IMG/VR virus record: IMGVR_UViG_3300024239_000013
Location: 124,001-188,000 of that record
Direction: 5' to 3' (one strand)
Length of the DNA stretch: 64,000 bases
The notes below the pieces were generated by a model. It worked only from the letters and a program-made list of their open reading frames with translations. It made no database searches and was not told the DNA's origin. Shown one piece after another: positions 20,795 to 31,052 of this stretch (positions are counted from its first letter, which is position 1; each line of letters starts with the position of its first letter). The position numbers were made by a program, and so were the translations under genes.

Positions 20795-20797
20795 TTT

Positions 20798-21883
20798 TTA
20801 ATATTTAAAAGATATTTTTGGATTTTTTACATCATCAATCCATTCAGGTGTTATTTTTTCTAAAGACTTTGTGAAAATCTCTATAGCGTTTTTTACATCT
20901 TTTTTATGAACCATTTCCACAGTTGTATGCATATACTTTAAAGGCGATGCTAAAATTGCTGTTGGAATGTTTTCTAGAAAAAATGAAACAGTATCATTTC
21001 CGTAAGAACCTATCGTATCCTGTAACTTAATATCATTTTCTTCAGCAACCGATTTAAAAAGGTTAATGATCTTCCTATGATTCTGTGCAGTGTATTCTAC
21101 ACAAGGACCTTCACCTCCTTTAACATCACAGTCTTTAGCCTTTATAGTGTTTGGATGGTTTGTATTATGACAAACATCATGAACAAGAGCAACATCAGGT
21201 TTAATTGTCTGTGCGATCAATCTAGCTCCAAATAAGCCGACTTCTTCCTGAACCGAGTTAACCACATATAAATCGTACGGAAGATCCTTATTCTTAAGGT
21301 TTTTAAGAGTCTCGGCAATGATATAGCCACCTATCTTGTTATCTAAAGATCTACCGACATAATAGTCACCAATTTCACTAAACTCAGTGTCAAAGGTAAC
21401 TATATTACCAACACCAATCCCGAGTTTTTTAACCTTTTCAGCAGAGTCTACTCCAAGGTCCACCCAAAGCTCGTGAACTTCGCTTCCCATATCGGTTCTT
21501 TTTTCTCTCATGTGAATTGCAGGGGAACCGAAAACCCCAGGAATTTTCTTGCCATCGTGTGTATGCACAAGAACGGTTTTTGATGGAGCTATCATGTTAT
21601 CCGATCCTCCGTGTGTTTTTACTCTTAAAAACCCATCACTCTCAATATAAGTAACTATCCAGGCAATTTCGTCACAGTGTGCTTCTATAACTACTTTGTA
21701 TGGAATTGATTTATCCCTATTATTTCTCTTTTTGATTGCGTATGCAGTTCCATATGCATCTAATTTAACCACATCAGCAAAATCTTTTACATAGTTAATC
21801 CATATATTTTGACCCTCAGTTTCCTGAGCAACCGGAGAATATGCATTTAAATAATTCTCTAAAAACTTTTTACTTTTTCCCAT
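20798..21883 (-). CDS. M42 family aminopeptidase
   Basis: EAHCDEI, SLDNK, VQEEVG and YMHT.VE. Confidence 0.9.
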   Translation of the reverse strand: MGKSKKFLENYLNAYSPVAQETEGQNIWINYVKDFADVVKLDAYGTAYAIKKRNNRDKSIPYKVVIEAHCDEIAWIVTYIESDGFLRVKTHGGSDNMIAPSKTVLVHTHDGKKIPGVFGSPAIHMREKRTDMGSEVHELWVDLGVDSAEKVKKLGIGVGNIVTFDTEFSEIGDYYVGRSLDNKIGGYIIAETLKNLKNKDLPYDLYVVNSVQEEVGLFGARLIAQTIKPDVALVHDVCHNTNHPNTIKAKDCDVKGGEGPCVEYTAQNHRKIINLFKSVAEENDIKLQDTIGSYGNDTVSFFLENIPTAILASPLKYMHTTVEMVHKKDVKNAIEIFTKSLEKITPEWIDDVKNPKISFKY

Positions 21884-21906
21884 TATTTATTATTTCAAAT
21901 CTATTA

Positions 21907-22125
21907 TTAAAAACCCAGTTCTTTTTTAAATTGAACTCTAAGCTCCTCTATGTTATCAATTTTTGAAACAATGCCCTCACACTTATATGGACATTTACCA
22001 TCATCAACGTCTTTTCTTTTCTGAAAAACTCCATGAACAGAACAGTCATAAGTCTCGTAATTTTCTCCGCCTGTTGCAATTATCGTTTTCTCGATTTTTA
22101 AATATTTTCTTTTTTTATTTTTCAT
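21907..22125 (-). CDS. Small zinc-binding hypothetical protein
   Basis: CSVHG...CPYKC. Confidence 0.55.
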   Translation of the reverse strand: MKNKKRKYLKIEKTIIATGGENYETYDCSVHGVFQKRKDVDDGKCPYKCEGIVSKIDNIEELRVQFKKELGF

Positions 22126-22128
22126 TTT

Positions 22129-22317
22129 TTATTTTTCTTTTTTTTCATCAATTCCTAAAAATAGGAAGAGTAAAGATAACGGAAACCCTATCAATAGGAA
22201 AACCAATAAGCTTTCATATATGGTATCATCTTGCTTTCTTAATAAAGATCCCATTAATGTTATTAAGAAAACTATTGAAAATCCAGTCCAGTTTAGTTTT
22301 TTTATAAATTTCATCAT
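22129..22317 (-). CDS. Small two-TM membrane protein
   Basis: Two hydrophobic helices. Confidence 0.6.
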   Translation of the reverse strand: MMKFIKKLNWTGFSIVFLITLMGSLLRKQDDTIYESLLVFLLIGFPLSLLFLFLGIDEKKEK

Positions 22318-22541
22318 AATATTTAAGTTTAAATTAGGTTAAAAGTTTCATATTGTCTTTTTATTAATATTATTTGTGAATTCAGGAGGACCCGCATCAT
22401 CTTTGATATTTAAAGTTTTCGTACTTTTAATTAGTTAAAGGTGCTTTAATTGCTGGAAGTGAATCATATCTCCATAGTTGAATCATAATAAAACTGTGTT
22501 TAGTATTTATTAATCCATTTATCCATCTAAGGTATTATAAT

Positions 22542-22958
22542 TTATATAGGTTTTATTGATTCAAGTTCTTCTGATAAGGTTTTAGAATTTATATTTTTTA
22601 TCATTGGGAATATTAACTCATCACATTTAATATTATTATCATTTATTTTTTGAATTTCGTCTATAATGAATTCACCATTATCGTAATGAAAACATTTGTT
22701 ACCAATGATCCATTCACCGGATGAATACTCTGTTGCTCGTAATCCACTCTTTGTTATGTATTCATAGTAATACCCCTTACCGAAAGAATGCCCATAACCA
22801 CCAGTTTTATATAAGATTTCACCATTAAAAATATATTCACTAATTTTTTCTTCACTTATCTCATTAACAAGATTTCTGACCTCATTTTCAATATCGGATT
22901 CTGTAATTGTCACAAAGTGAAATCCAAACTTTTTATTCTTATTCATTCGTTTTATCAA
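22542..22958 (-). CDS. Hypothetical protein
   Basis: 138 aa ORF between thyA-end repeats. Confidence 0.6.
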   Translation of the reverse strand: MIKRMNKNKKFGFHFVTITESDIENEVRNLVNEISEEKISEYIFNGEILYKTGGYGHSFGKGYYYEYITKSGLRATEYSSGEWIIGNKCFHYDNGEFIIDEIQKINDNNIKCDELIFPMIKNINSKTLSEELESIKPI

Positions 22959-23191
22959 TTTGATAGAGGCGATTTAATTGCTGGGTGTGATTGTAGCTTG
23001 CTTATTACTTCAACCCATTGATTACTTTCGATATTCATAGCTTCTTCAGTTTGTCCTTTATCTGCAAAATCTTTAAATAATTTAGCTAACTCTATTGCAG
23101 CTAATACATTTTCTTTTTTAGATAATTTACCTGAATATGGATTATGATCAGAAGAGCGTAAGAGAAGATTTCTCAGTTTTAATGTTGTCAT
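22955..23191 (-). CDS. Hypothetical protein fused to a copy of the ThyA C-terminal peptide
   Basis: Ends QSHPAIKSPLSN. Confidence 0.65.
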   Translation of the reverse strand: MTTLKLRNLLLRSSDHNPYSGKLSKKENVLAAIELAKLFKDFADKGQTEEAMNIESNQWVEVISKLQSHPAIKSPLSN

Positions 23192-23203
23192 AGTTTTTGT
23201 TTT

Positions 23204-24430
23204 TTAATTACTTAAAGGTGCTTTAATTGCTGGGTGTGATTGATAATTTTCTAAAATTATATCGTCACTTCCAAATGATTCAATTCCATCTCTAACAAAT
23301 ACTCTTGGAAGAGGAAATGGTTCTCTTTTGATCTGTTCTTTTGCCTGTTCAATGTGGTTTGAATATAGATGAACATCTCCTAAATTACCAATTAATTCAT
23401 CAGGAACCATATTTACTTCGTCTGCAATCATTAATAGTAGTAATCCGTATGAAGCAATGTTAAATGGTAAACCTAAAAATGTATCCACCGAACGCTGATT
23501 CCACATTAAAGAGATTGCTCTTTTAGGTATATTCATTCTATCGTAATGTTCAGTTGTTTTTACATCATCGGTATCAACATATCCTTCCATTTTTTTAGAA
23601 TATAAAATACTTCTTTCACCTTCACTCAACTCTCTCGTATAAACTTGAAATCCATAGTGACAAGGGGGAAGTACCATTCGATTTAGTTCTGATGCATTCC
23701 ACGCATTAACCATTAATCGTCTTGAGTCTGGGTTTGTTTTAAGGTCGTTGATTAGATTTGCAATTTGGTCTATATAATCAAATGTAACTTCCTTATTACC
23801 CGGAAAAATATTTGAAGGTTCATTGAATATCTTAGCTGTATTGACAATTTCCCACCTTCTCCATTGCTTACCATAAATTGGGCCTAATTCACCCCACTTC
23901 TTAGCAAACTCATCATCTGTTTTGATTTTGTTGATGAATTCTTCTTGTGTATATGGAGTTAAACCCCCACCACAATCTTCTTTTATTGGCTTCCAATTAC
24001 CACAATACCGCTTATATGCGTCTCCGTTCCATATGTTACATCCATTATCAACCAAATACTTAATATTCGTGTCTCCTCTTAAAAACCAAAGTAACTCTGT
24101 TACAATTGATTTCCAGTGCATCTTTTTAGTTGTCAATAAAGGAAACCCCTCTGACATTCCATGTCTGATTTGTCTTCCGAATACTGATAGTGTTCCTGTT
24201 CCTGTTCTGTCTTCTTTTTTTACACCATTCTCCAAAATATCCTTTAATAAATCTTGGTATTTTTGATCGATACTTACTCGAGATTCATTCTTAATATTAG
24301 ACCTCAGTCTATTAATCTCACTAATCACATCATCTCCAAGTTCAATTTTTGACATAATTGAGAGTTGTGCCACCTGATCCTCAAGTAACTTAATTAATTC
24401 ATCTTTATAATCCGTCCCTAAATTTTTCAT
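23204..24430 (-). CDS. thyA: Thymidylate synthase with N-terminal extension and internal insertions
   Basis: DRTGTGT, ELLWFL.G, LPPCH and QRSVD..LGLPFN. Confidence 0.95.
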   Translation of the reverse strand: MKNLGTDYKDELIKLLEDQVAQLSIMSKIELGDDVISEINRLRSNIKNESRVSIDQKYQDLLKDILENGVKKEDRTGTGTLSVFGRQIRHGMSEGFPLLTTKKMHWKSIVTELLWFLRGDTNIKYLVDNGCNIWNGDAYKRYCGNWKPIKEDCGGGLTPYTQEEFINKIKTDDEFAKKWGELGPIYGKQWRRWEIVNTAKIFNEPSNIFPGNKEVTFDYIDQIANLINDLKTNPDSRRLMVNAWNASELNRMVLPPCHYGFQVYTRELSEGERSILYSKKMEGYVDTDDVKTTEHYDRMNIPKRAISLMWNQRSVDTFLGLPFNIASYGLLLLMIADEVNMVPDELIGNLGDVHLYSNHIEQAKEQIKREPFPLPRVFVRDGIESFGSDDIILENYQSHPAIKAPLSN

Positions 24431-24431
24431 G

Positions 24432-25148
24432 TTAATTTTTATCTTTGTTTATTTTATTAGTAAATTCTGTTGAGGTTTTTATATTCTCGATCATTAACTT
24501 ATGCTTATCCTCATGCATCTTCGAAATCTCATCTCTTCTACCATTTTCAATAAATGTATTATAAACAAGATTTGAGAGTTTATGGTATAATTTATCCCTA
24601 ATTGCAGTAGGTGCTGATTCGATGGGAATATGAAAGACCCTTTCAATTTCATAACAATCAAACATCACCTTAAATTTAGCAGATCTGCTATATTTCTCAA
24701 GAACTTCCAATTTCACATCAATAGTAACAATTGGTCCTAATTTTACCCAAAATGTCTTACCGTCTTCCATCGGCCTTGGTATACTGACTTTAATGGATTT
24801 TGAGATCACATTATCCAGAACAAAATCCAAATATTTCTCGCTCAATGTAACCTTTAATTTTCTTTTTGGAGTTGGTTCGTAATTAGGATCTTCAAAATTT
24901 GGAATGATATTAGGATTATACTCCATCCCGGTCTCATAATTTCTAGTAAACCATATACTATATCTTTCCTCTTCCGTTAGTTCCTCTGCACAGCAATCTC
25001 CCCATTTTTCATAGAATACATCATCTAGCTTTAACTTCTCTATGAAATCACCAACATTAAGAGGGGTTTCCGAGCCATTTTCATCTAATGAAAAAGACTC
25101 TAAATAGTTATTGTATGCTCTTCTTGCAAGTGATGTTAAAATTTCCAT
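24432..25148 (-). CDS. Hypothetical protein
   Basis: 238 aa ORF. Confidence 0.65.
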   Translation of the reverse strand: MEILTSLARRAYNNYLESFSLDENGSETPLNVGDFIEKLKLDDVFYEKWGDCCAEELTEEERYSIWFTRNYETGMEYNPNIIPNFEDPNYEPTPKRKLKVTLSEKYLDFVLDNVISKSIKVSIPRPMEDGKTFWVKLGPIVTIDVKLEVLEKYSRSAKFKVMFDCYEIERVFHIPIESAPTAIRDKLYHKLSNLVYNTFIENGRRDEISKMHEDKHKLMIENIKTSTEFTNKINKDKN

Positions 25149-25297
25149 ATTTTTATTTTTTTATAGATTCATTAAATTTACATGGGTATTGTTTCCTATC
25201 TGGCGTAGTTGTTTTTATTTTAAAGGTATTCTGATAGGTTTATTGCTGCTTTTGACATACTCCCACGGTTGAAACACGTGGGATTCTACTTTCAAAC

Positions 25298-26398
25298 CTA
25301 AACCGCCAACTGTATGTTGGTCTCACATTTAGTACGGTATAAGCGAATGCCCTCGCTTAGTATATTATTTGATGCTAATAAATCTCTTGAGTGTATTTCT
25401 CCACAACTCGAACAAGCCCACTCTCTATCAGAGAGCTTTAACTCTTTATTTACAACTCCACAAGTACAAGTTTTTGATGAAGCAAACCACCTATCAACTT
25501 TTTGAACTACTGTGTTGTACTTATTGGCTACCTGTTCTAATTTCAGAACAAAACTTGAAAAACTTAAATCGGAAACTTTTCTTCCCCAAATCTTCTTCAT
25601 ACCTTCTATGTTTAAATCTTCTAAAGCTATGAAAGAGTGGTTTTTACAAAGTTCATGAGCTAACTTCCACTCAAAATCATTCCTTTTATTTGATATATCA
25701 ATATGAGTTCTTTGAAGATTCTTTAAAGATTTCCTTCTATTTTTAGATCCCTTTTTCTTTTTCGAAAGTTGTCTGTTTAGAGATTTTATAGCTTTTAAAT
25801 TACTTTTGAAAAACTCTGGGGATTGTATTTCTTGCCCATTAGATATTGTTAGATATGTTTTTAAACCAAAATCTATTCCGATGGTAGTATCACCTACTCT
25901 TTCGTATTTTATTGGTTTTAAATCACAACAAAGTACAAAGAAAATCTCTCCAAGTTTGTTTCTCTTTACTACTATTCTTTTTATTTTTTCATATTCTCTT
26001 GATTTGCTAAATTTATATCTTCTTTTATTTATTGTTAAAATATTATCTTCTATTTTCCAACCGCTTTGTTTTAGTACAAAAGAATTGAAGTGTTTAGCTT
26101 TTTTAAACTTAGGAGGTCGTTTAGCTAAACCTTTAAAAAATCTTTTATAAGCTTCATCAACTCTTTGACATATCTCTTGTACAGACTGTGAATTAAGTTC
26201 TTTCCATTTTGGATTTTTATTTCTAAGTTTAGCAATATGTTTTTGGAGTCTGTTTACATTTATATAACCTCCATATAAACTATAATATCTTTTTTGAAGC
26301 GAAATACAATAATTCCAAATCCACGCAGAAGTAGATACACTCCTATGTAGGTGCTTTAGTTTCTTTGTTTTATATGCCTTGTATGAGAGGTTATACAT
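25298..26398 (-). CDS. tnpB: TnpB RNA-guided endonuclease
   Basis: RuvC GIDFG, ALEDL and RD..AS.NI; zinc finger SSKTC.C...C..C. Confidence 0.93.
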   Translation of the reverse strand: MYNLSYKAYKTKKLKHLHRSVSTSAWIWNYCISLQKRYYSLYGGYINVNRLQKHIAKLRNKNPKWKELNSQSVQEICQRVDEAYKRFFKGLAKRPPKFKKAKHFNSFVLKQSGWKIEDNILTINKRRYKFSKSREYEKIKRIVVKRNKLGEIFFVLCCDLKPIKYERVGDTTIGIDFGLKTYLTISNGQEIQSPEFFKSNLKAIKSLNRQLSKKKKGSKNRRKSLKNLQRTHIDISNKRNDFEWKLAHELCKNHSFIALEDLNIEGMKKIWGRKVSDLSFSSFVLKLEQVANKYNTVVQKVDRWFASSKTCTCGVVNKELKLSDREWACSSCGEIHSRDLLASNNILSEGIRLYRTKCETNIQLAV

Positions 26399-26801
26399 TC
26401 TTTTGGCCTTTTATATATTTTTTAACCGCTTCTTCTGAAATATGTCCAATACTTTCACAATAGTAGGAACGTGTCCATAGTGTAGGTATTCTACTTTTTA
26501 GTTTAGAAAATTCCTTTCTTAGAATCTTACTTGTATAACCCTTCAATTGTTGTACAATATAGTGGGGTGCTAACATTAGTTTAGCTTTGATAAATATATG
26601 TACGTGGTCTGGCATTACTTCTTGTATTGATATTTCACAACCTATTTCTTCTGCTTTCTCAACTAATAACGTCTTCAATCTATCTTCCCCTTCATTCACT
26701 AAAACTTTACGTCTGTATTTAGGACACCAAATAATATGGTATGCTATATTAAAAATAGTTGCATTACTATGTGTCCATCTTTCTGCATTATTCATTTTCA
26801 A
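26391..26801 (-). CDS. tnpA: Y1 HUH transposase
   Basis: YHIIWCPKYRR, PDHVH, LKG.TS, LW.RSYY and KKYI..Q. Confidence 0.93.
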   Translation of the reverse strand: MKMNNAERWTHSNATIFNIAYHIIWCPKYRRKVLVNEGEDRLKTLLVEKAEEIGCEISIQEVMPDHVHIFIKAKLMLAPHYIVQQLKGYTSKILRKEFSKLKSRIPTLWTRSYYCESIGHISEEAVKKYIKGQKNV

Positions 26802-26858
26802 ACTTAACTTTAATTTTTCCTTTATATGGAGTCGTGTTTTTTATTAGAATGTTCCAGA

Positions 26859-27494
26859 TCATTTGGCTCGTTTAGATTTTTTAGATTCGTTTATATTATT
26901 ATTTTCCTTATATTCATTAATTTTCTTTTCAAGAATAAGATTAGCAGATCTTGCATTTTTCCAATAATAGTAAAATTTATCACAAAGAGGTTTTATTAAA
27001 TCTAATTTTTCCTTATGTATAAATTTTGCTTCTTTTACTGTCTTAACTTTATCCCCGATTACGTACATAAGTCCGGCATATTCAGGAACCTCTTCAATTT
27101 TTATTAGGTTTTCTGGTACACAATAATAAAATCGATTTGGTCTGAATTTCCACTCTTTCGTCACATAGTAATGATTAGTTACGGTTTTTTTAGTTTCTGG
27201 ATCAAATTTATATCTGTACTTTTTTACCTGATGAGTTCCTTCTCTAAGTATGGTATGCTTTTCAACTTTCTTAAAATCATTAAAAAAATCTGATCTTGAT
27301 GTCTTTATCTCAATCTCATAGCAATAACCAGATGTTTTCTGAACTAATAAAAAATCAGTTTCCCAATTATTCTTGAAAAGATATAAATTACTGACAGTGT
27401 ACTTTATTCCACCTCGATCATAATGCTTTTCTAAGACATCCTGGATCTGTTTTTCCGTGTATTTAATTTTATTATTTTCCATTAGTCCCACCAA
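26859..27494 (-). CDS. PD-(D/E)xK nuclease, MmcB-like
   Basis: ETD, YEIEIKTSRSDF, NRFYY..P and VPEYAGL. Confidence 0.7.
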   Translation of the reverse strand: MVGLMENNKIKYTEKQIQDVLEKHYDRGGIKYTVSNLYLFKNNWETDFLLVQKTSGYCYEIEIKTSRSDFFNDFKKVEKHTILREGTHQVKKYRYKFDPETKKTVTNHYYVTKEWKFRPNRFYYCVPENLIKIEEVPEYAGLMYVIGDKVKTVKEAKFIHKEKLDLIKPLCDKFYYYWKNARSANLILEKKINEYKENNNINESKKSKRAK

Positions 27495-28114
27495 CCATTT
27501 AATCCAGAACCATCAAACCAATTAGAGTAATGTGAATAATCACCTCTTTCTTTCTCTGGAATAGAATCTAGTAGCTTTCTAAATTCTTTAATGTCCTGAC
27601 CTCTGAATATATCCCAGAGCTCGTTCCATTCATTCTCCTCTATTTCTCTGGATCTATCATAGACTTTCGAATTATGCTCTTTAGCAAACTCGTCACCATC
27701 GTCAACAAGTTTATATGTTTTTCTTTCTTCGTCAGCAATCTCGAAAGACCAATTTCTAAACATAATCTTCCCGAGCTCCTTTTCGGCAATTTCTATATAT
27801 AGATCTTTTTCTATATTATTTAAAATCTGAATTGCTCTTTGCATCTTAGCAATTTTCTTGTTTCTGGTCTCCTCTACCTCTAGGCCATTGTGCATTCCCT
27901 TCTCCATTATTTCCAAGGAGGTTTTCATAATCGATATGGTGTATTTATAATCATACCATCTATGATTCCATAAATCTTTTCTAAATAAATAAACGTTTTT
28001 GAAAAATCTAGGAATCCCGTACCTTAAAGCTCGATATATTCTATTCCACCATTTTGTTCTTCTAATAAGAGTTTTTAGAGAATCTGTAAATGTTTTTGTT
28101 ATATGTACATCCAT
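27482..28114 (-). CDS. Hypothetical protein
   Basis: 210 aa, ending GWWD. Confidence 0.7.
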   Translation of the reverse strand: MDVHITKTFTDSLKTLIRRTKWWNRIYRALRYGIPRFFKNVYLFRKDLWNHRWYDYKYTISIMKTSLEIMEKGMHNGLEVEETRNKKIAKMQRAIQILNNIEKDLYIEIAEKELGKIMFRNWSFEIADEERKTYKLVDDGDEFAKEHNSKVYDRSREIEENEWNELWDIFRGQDIKEFRKLLDSIPEKERGDYSHYSNWFDGSGLNGWWD

Positions 28115-28160
28115 AAGATCATTTTCATATCATATACATGTATAAAGATTTAGTTTCAAT

Positions 28161-28199
28161 AAAAAAGGCAGATTAATTCGAATTAATCTGCCTTTTTTT
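28161..28199. terminator. Intrinsic terminator
   Basis: aaaaaaggcagattaattcgaattaatctgccttttttt, a perfect palindrome flanked by A and T runs. Confidence 0.85.
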
Positions 28200-28214
28200 G
28201 TATTATTCATATTT

Positions 28215-28685
28215 TTATTCGTCTTCTTCGCCTTTCTCACCCTCTTCTTCACCTTCTTCATCATCCACTTCTTCATCTTCTTCATCATCCACTTCTTCAT
28301 CTTCATCTTCGTCTTCTATCTCAACTTGGATATTTTCTGGACCCTCGATAAATTCAGGCGAATCTATTTCTACTTTTTCTATATCATCAGATTCTTCTGG
28401 TTCTAATTCATTCATTAACCAATCTGAAACTTCCTGAACATCATCTTTAGATGTTGCTAAGTGATCTAATGCCCACCCATGCCCATCTTTAATCAACTCA
28501 TCAACTTTAGATGGGTCTAATTTAAGAATATTTTCTATGCTACGTTTAATTGAAGCTAGATTTTGGAAAAGCATATAATTCTCCTTTTTCTTTCCACCTT
28601 CAGGGGCTAGAACTTCTTCTGCTTCCTCGTTAAAACCAGAAGCCATTTTTTTAAACTCCTCAAAAGAAGCTATCTTGTTATCCAT
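28215..28685 (-). CDS. Acidic-tailed late protein (possible scaffold/internal protein)
   Basis: KIASFEEF N-terminus; repeated EEVDDEE in a D/E-rich tail; two GATATATA motifs upstream. Confidence 0.65.
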   Translation of the reverse strand: MDNKIASFEEFKKMASGFNEEAEEVLAPEGGKKKENYMLFQNLASIKRSIENILKLDPSKVDELIKDGHGWALDHLATSKDDVQEVSDWLMNELEPEESDDIEKVEIDSPEFIEGPENIQVEIEDEDEDEEVDDEEDEEVDDEEGEEEGEKGEEDE

Positions 28686-28726
28686 ATTATATTTTTTTTA
28701 AGTTATATATCTATTTATATATCAGA

Positions 28727-31048
28727 TTAAATTAATTTCTCTTTTTTGATCCTGTCAATTACCTGTTTAGCTGATATTTTCTTGGTGCATTCAAATTCTC
28801 TTGCCGTCCCTTTATATAAAGGACACCACATCCAATCGCCTTTATCGAACGTATATTTGTTGGGTTGATTGAAACAAGAATTACAAACATCCTCCCGATG
28901 AATCCTAATGCAATTATGTGTAAATTCATTATCTTTAGAAGTAACCCCCGATATCATAACAACCTTCTTACCTAACCCGTGGGCAAGCCAAGAAAGTCCA
29001 CTGGATAGCCCTATAAAGAATTCGCAATTTTCAATAATAGCTATCATTTCATCTAGATCTCCTCCTGTCATATCCACACAGTTTCTAGGTATCGGGTTCC
29101 AATTTTCAGGAGTACCAAAGGAGCTGTACCTATCAATGCAAACTGGTATAAGTTTATTCTTTCTTAATTCTTCACAAAGTTTAAACCAAGCTTCGTTATT
29201 ATTCCAATGTTTAGCCTGTGCAGTACTGTGCATAGAGAAACAAATGTATTTACCTTTAATTTTTCTTTCTTTTACATAAGATTTCTTTATAATTGGAGAT
29301 ATCTCACTGTATTCTAAGAGAAGTTGATCAGAAAACCCTTTCTGTAAAGGAACATCAAATAGATATTCTAGACTTATGTAATTAGTGTACTTTGCCGATT
29401 CTGTGTTATCTACAAAATTTATGTTGGAATAAATACCATCAAAAAGATAGCTGAACTCACAAAAAACATCAACAATAATATTATGTTTTAACCCATATTC
29501 GTTAGCATAAGGAACAAATGCAATATTATCACCTAGAGACCTTGAAGTTAATTTAATCAATGTTCTTTCTGGTATTCTTATTTTTTCCTCATAATAGTCT
29601 TCAATCTGACCAATATTAAATTGACAATAGAAAAAATCTTCTGATTTATCTCCTAAATAGAAAAATCCAGAAATACAAGTATCTAGAGTAATTATAGACC
29701 CGGTTTCCTTTGAGAATATTTCCAGAAGATTCTTATGTGATGAATTAGCTCCCTTAATAATTATATGTCGATTTCTTATGTCCATAGATTCCCTATAGAT
29801 AATTTTAGCCCCCTCCTTAACAACTATTTCCCAATCGACATATCTATTTGGATCTGTTTTTGAATATATCCAGGATCTAGAGTCAGTAGGCATTTCTGAT
29901 TTTGTTATGATTTCTCCCGTTAATTTATCTATAAAGGAAACTGATGTGCCTGGTTTAGTTATTCTTGATTTATGTAAGAAAGGTACAGATTTAAACCAGG
30001 AATAAATGCCGGAATTCCCACTTTTATTATTCTCAATTTTCTTAGTAGATGTATAACTATCCATAAGAATTTTACCTTGATCTATTCCCAGGTAACTGGT
30101 ATATTCCATTAACATTCTAGAAACAATTACTTCCCATGAAATTAGATTTCTATATTCTTGACACTCCATTACATATGAGGGATATCTTTTAATAACATCG
30201 GATATACCATCGGCTAGCTCAGTATGATCAACCATAAGAGATTCAGAGAGACTAATCTTTTTAGTTCCTGGTAATTCTTCCTCGCACGTACCAACAACAG
30301 GGACTCCTTTTGCTATAGATTCTGTTACTGTTAGGTTTGGATGACCTGCCTCTAACATAGACGGATTTAAAAATATTTCATGTTTATTCATTTCCTCCAG
30401 TACATCTTCATACGGTAGATCGTAAATAATTTTTAATTTATCGTATGGTTCTATAGAAGAAAGGAGTTCTTTATTTCCCTTACTTGGACAGATTATAGTT
30501 ATCGGTAAATCTAAAGATCTAGCTGCATCAATACCAGGTAAAAATCCTTTCCTATCATACATAGGATTTCCACCAAGTCCATTGTTTGCCATCATTAAAA
30601 GTCTAAAATCTCCATTATTTACTTTTTCTGATCTATCTAAAAATGAATAGTCCTTTATATTTACTCCATGCTCCAGATATCTAAGATTTTTTGGTGATCC
30701 GAAATAATCAACAAGATATTTAGCATGAACGAATGAAAGCTGTGATCCCTCTATTGCCTCCATATTTTGCTTATAAACGTCCGAATTCTTTCCGAAATGG
30801 TATGCATGGTGATCGTGGTGAGAGAAGACGTATGGTATTCCTCTTTCTTTTAAAATGAGAGCAAGATTAGCCATATGAACATGCACCACATCCCATTCTC
30901 CTTTTACTACTTCATCTGTATATAGAATCTCGACATCATGGCCAAGGTCTCTCAAAACCTTTGTGTATTCCCATATTACTTTTTCCACCGCACCCCATCC
31001 ATCAGTGGGGATTGGTATATTACCTGGTGTTATTTGGGCTATTCTCAT
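28727..31048 (-). CDS. GT4 glycosyltransferase fused to a TibC/AAH-like protein O-heptosyltransferase domain
   Basis: N-terminal GWGAVEK/PS..E..(GT4); C-terminal SLGD, IGLSSGLSWLA, VVMISG and the Cys cluster CNSC..WCP..EC. Confidence 0.75.
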   Translation of the reverse strand: MRIAQITPGNIPIPTDGWGAVEKVIWEYTKVLRDLGHDVEILYTDEVVKGEWDVVHVHMANLALILKERGIPYVFSHHDHHAYHFGKNSDVYKQNMEAIEGSQLSFVHAKYLVDYFGSPKNLRYLEHGVNIKDYSFLDRSEKVNNGDFRLLMMANNGLGGNPMYDRKGFLPGIDAARSLDLPITIICPSKGNKELLSSIEPYDKLKIIYDLPYEDVLEEMNKHEIFLNPSMLEAGHPNLTVTESIAKGVPVVGTCEEELPGTKKISLSESLMVDHTELADGISDVIKRYPSYVMECQEYRNLISWEVIVSRMLMEYTSYLGIDQGKILMDSYTSTKKIENNKSGNSGIYSWFKSVPFLHKSRITKPGTSVSFIDKLTGEIITKSEMPTDSRSWIYSKTDPNRYVDWEIVVKEGAKIIYRESMDIRNRHIIIKGANSSHKNLLEIFSKETGSIITLDTCISGFFYLGDKSEDFFYCQFNIGQIEDYYEEKIRIPERTLIKLTSRSLGDNIAFVPYANEYGLKHNIIVDVFCEFSYLFDGIYSNINFVDNTESAKYTNYISLEYLFDVPLQKGFSDQLLLEYSEISPIIKKSYVKERKIKGKYICFSMHSTAQAKHWNNNEAWFKLCEELRKNKLIPVCIDRYSSFGTPENWNPIPRNCVDMTGGDLDEMIAIIENCEFFIGLSSGLSWLAHGLGKKVVMISGVTSKDNEFTHNCIRIHREDVCNSCFNQPNKYTFDKGDWMWCPLYKGTAREFECTKKISAKQVIDRIKKEKLI

Positions 31049-31052
31049 TTTT

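Larger units (their letters stand above)
22427..23242 (-). repeat. Three direct copies of the thyA 3' end (22427-22456, 22955-22993, 23204-23242)
   Basis: Copies encode PAIKAPLTN*, QSHPAIKSPLSN* and QSHPAIKAPLSN*; 29/30 nt and 21/21 nt matches to the thyA end. Confidence 0.85.
25252..26801 (-). mobile_element. IS200/IS605-family element (tnpA + tnpB); left end not resolved
   Basis: Overlapping tnpA/tnpB; right-end hairpin CCCACG-N9-CGTGGG followed by ...GTCAA at 25252. Confidence 0.85.

Noticed and set aside
28198-28437. Poly-Ser plus-strand ORF
   Set aside because: Reverse complement of the D/E-rich tail of 28215..28685.
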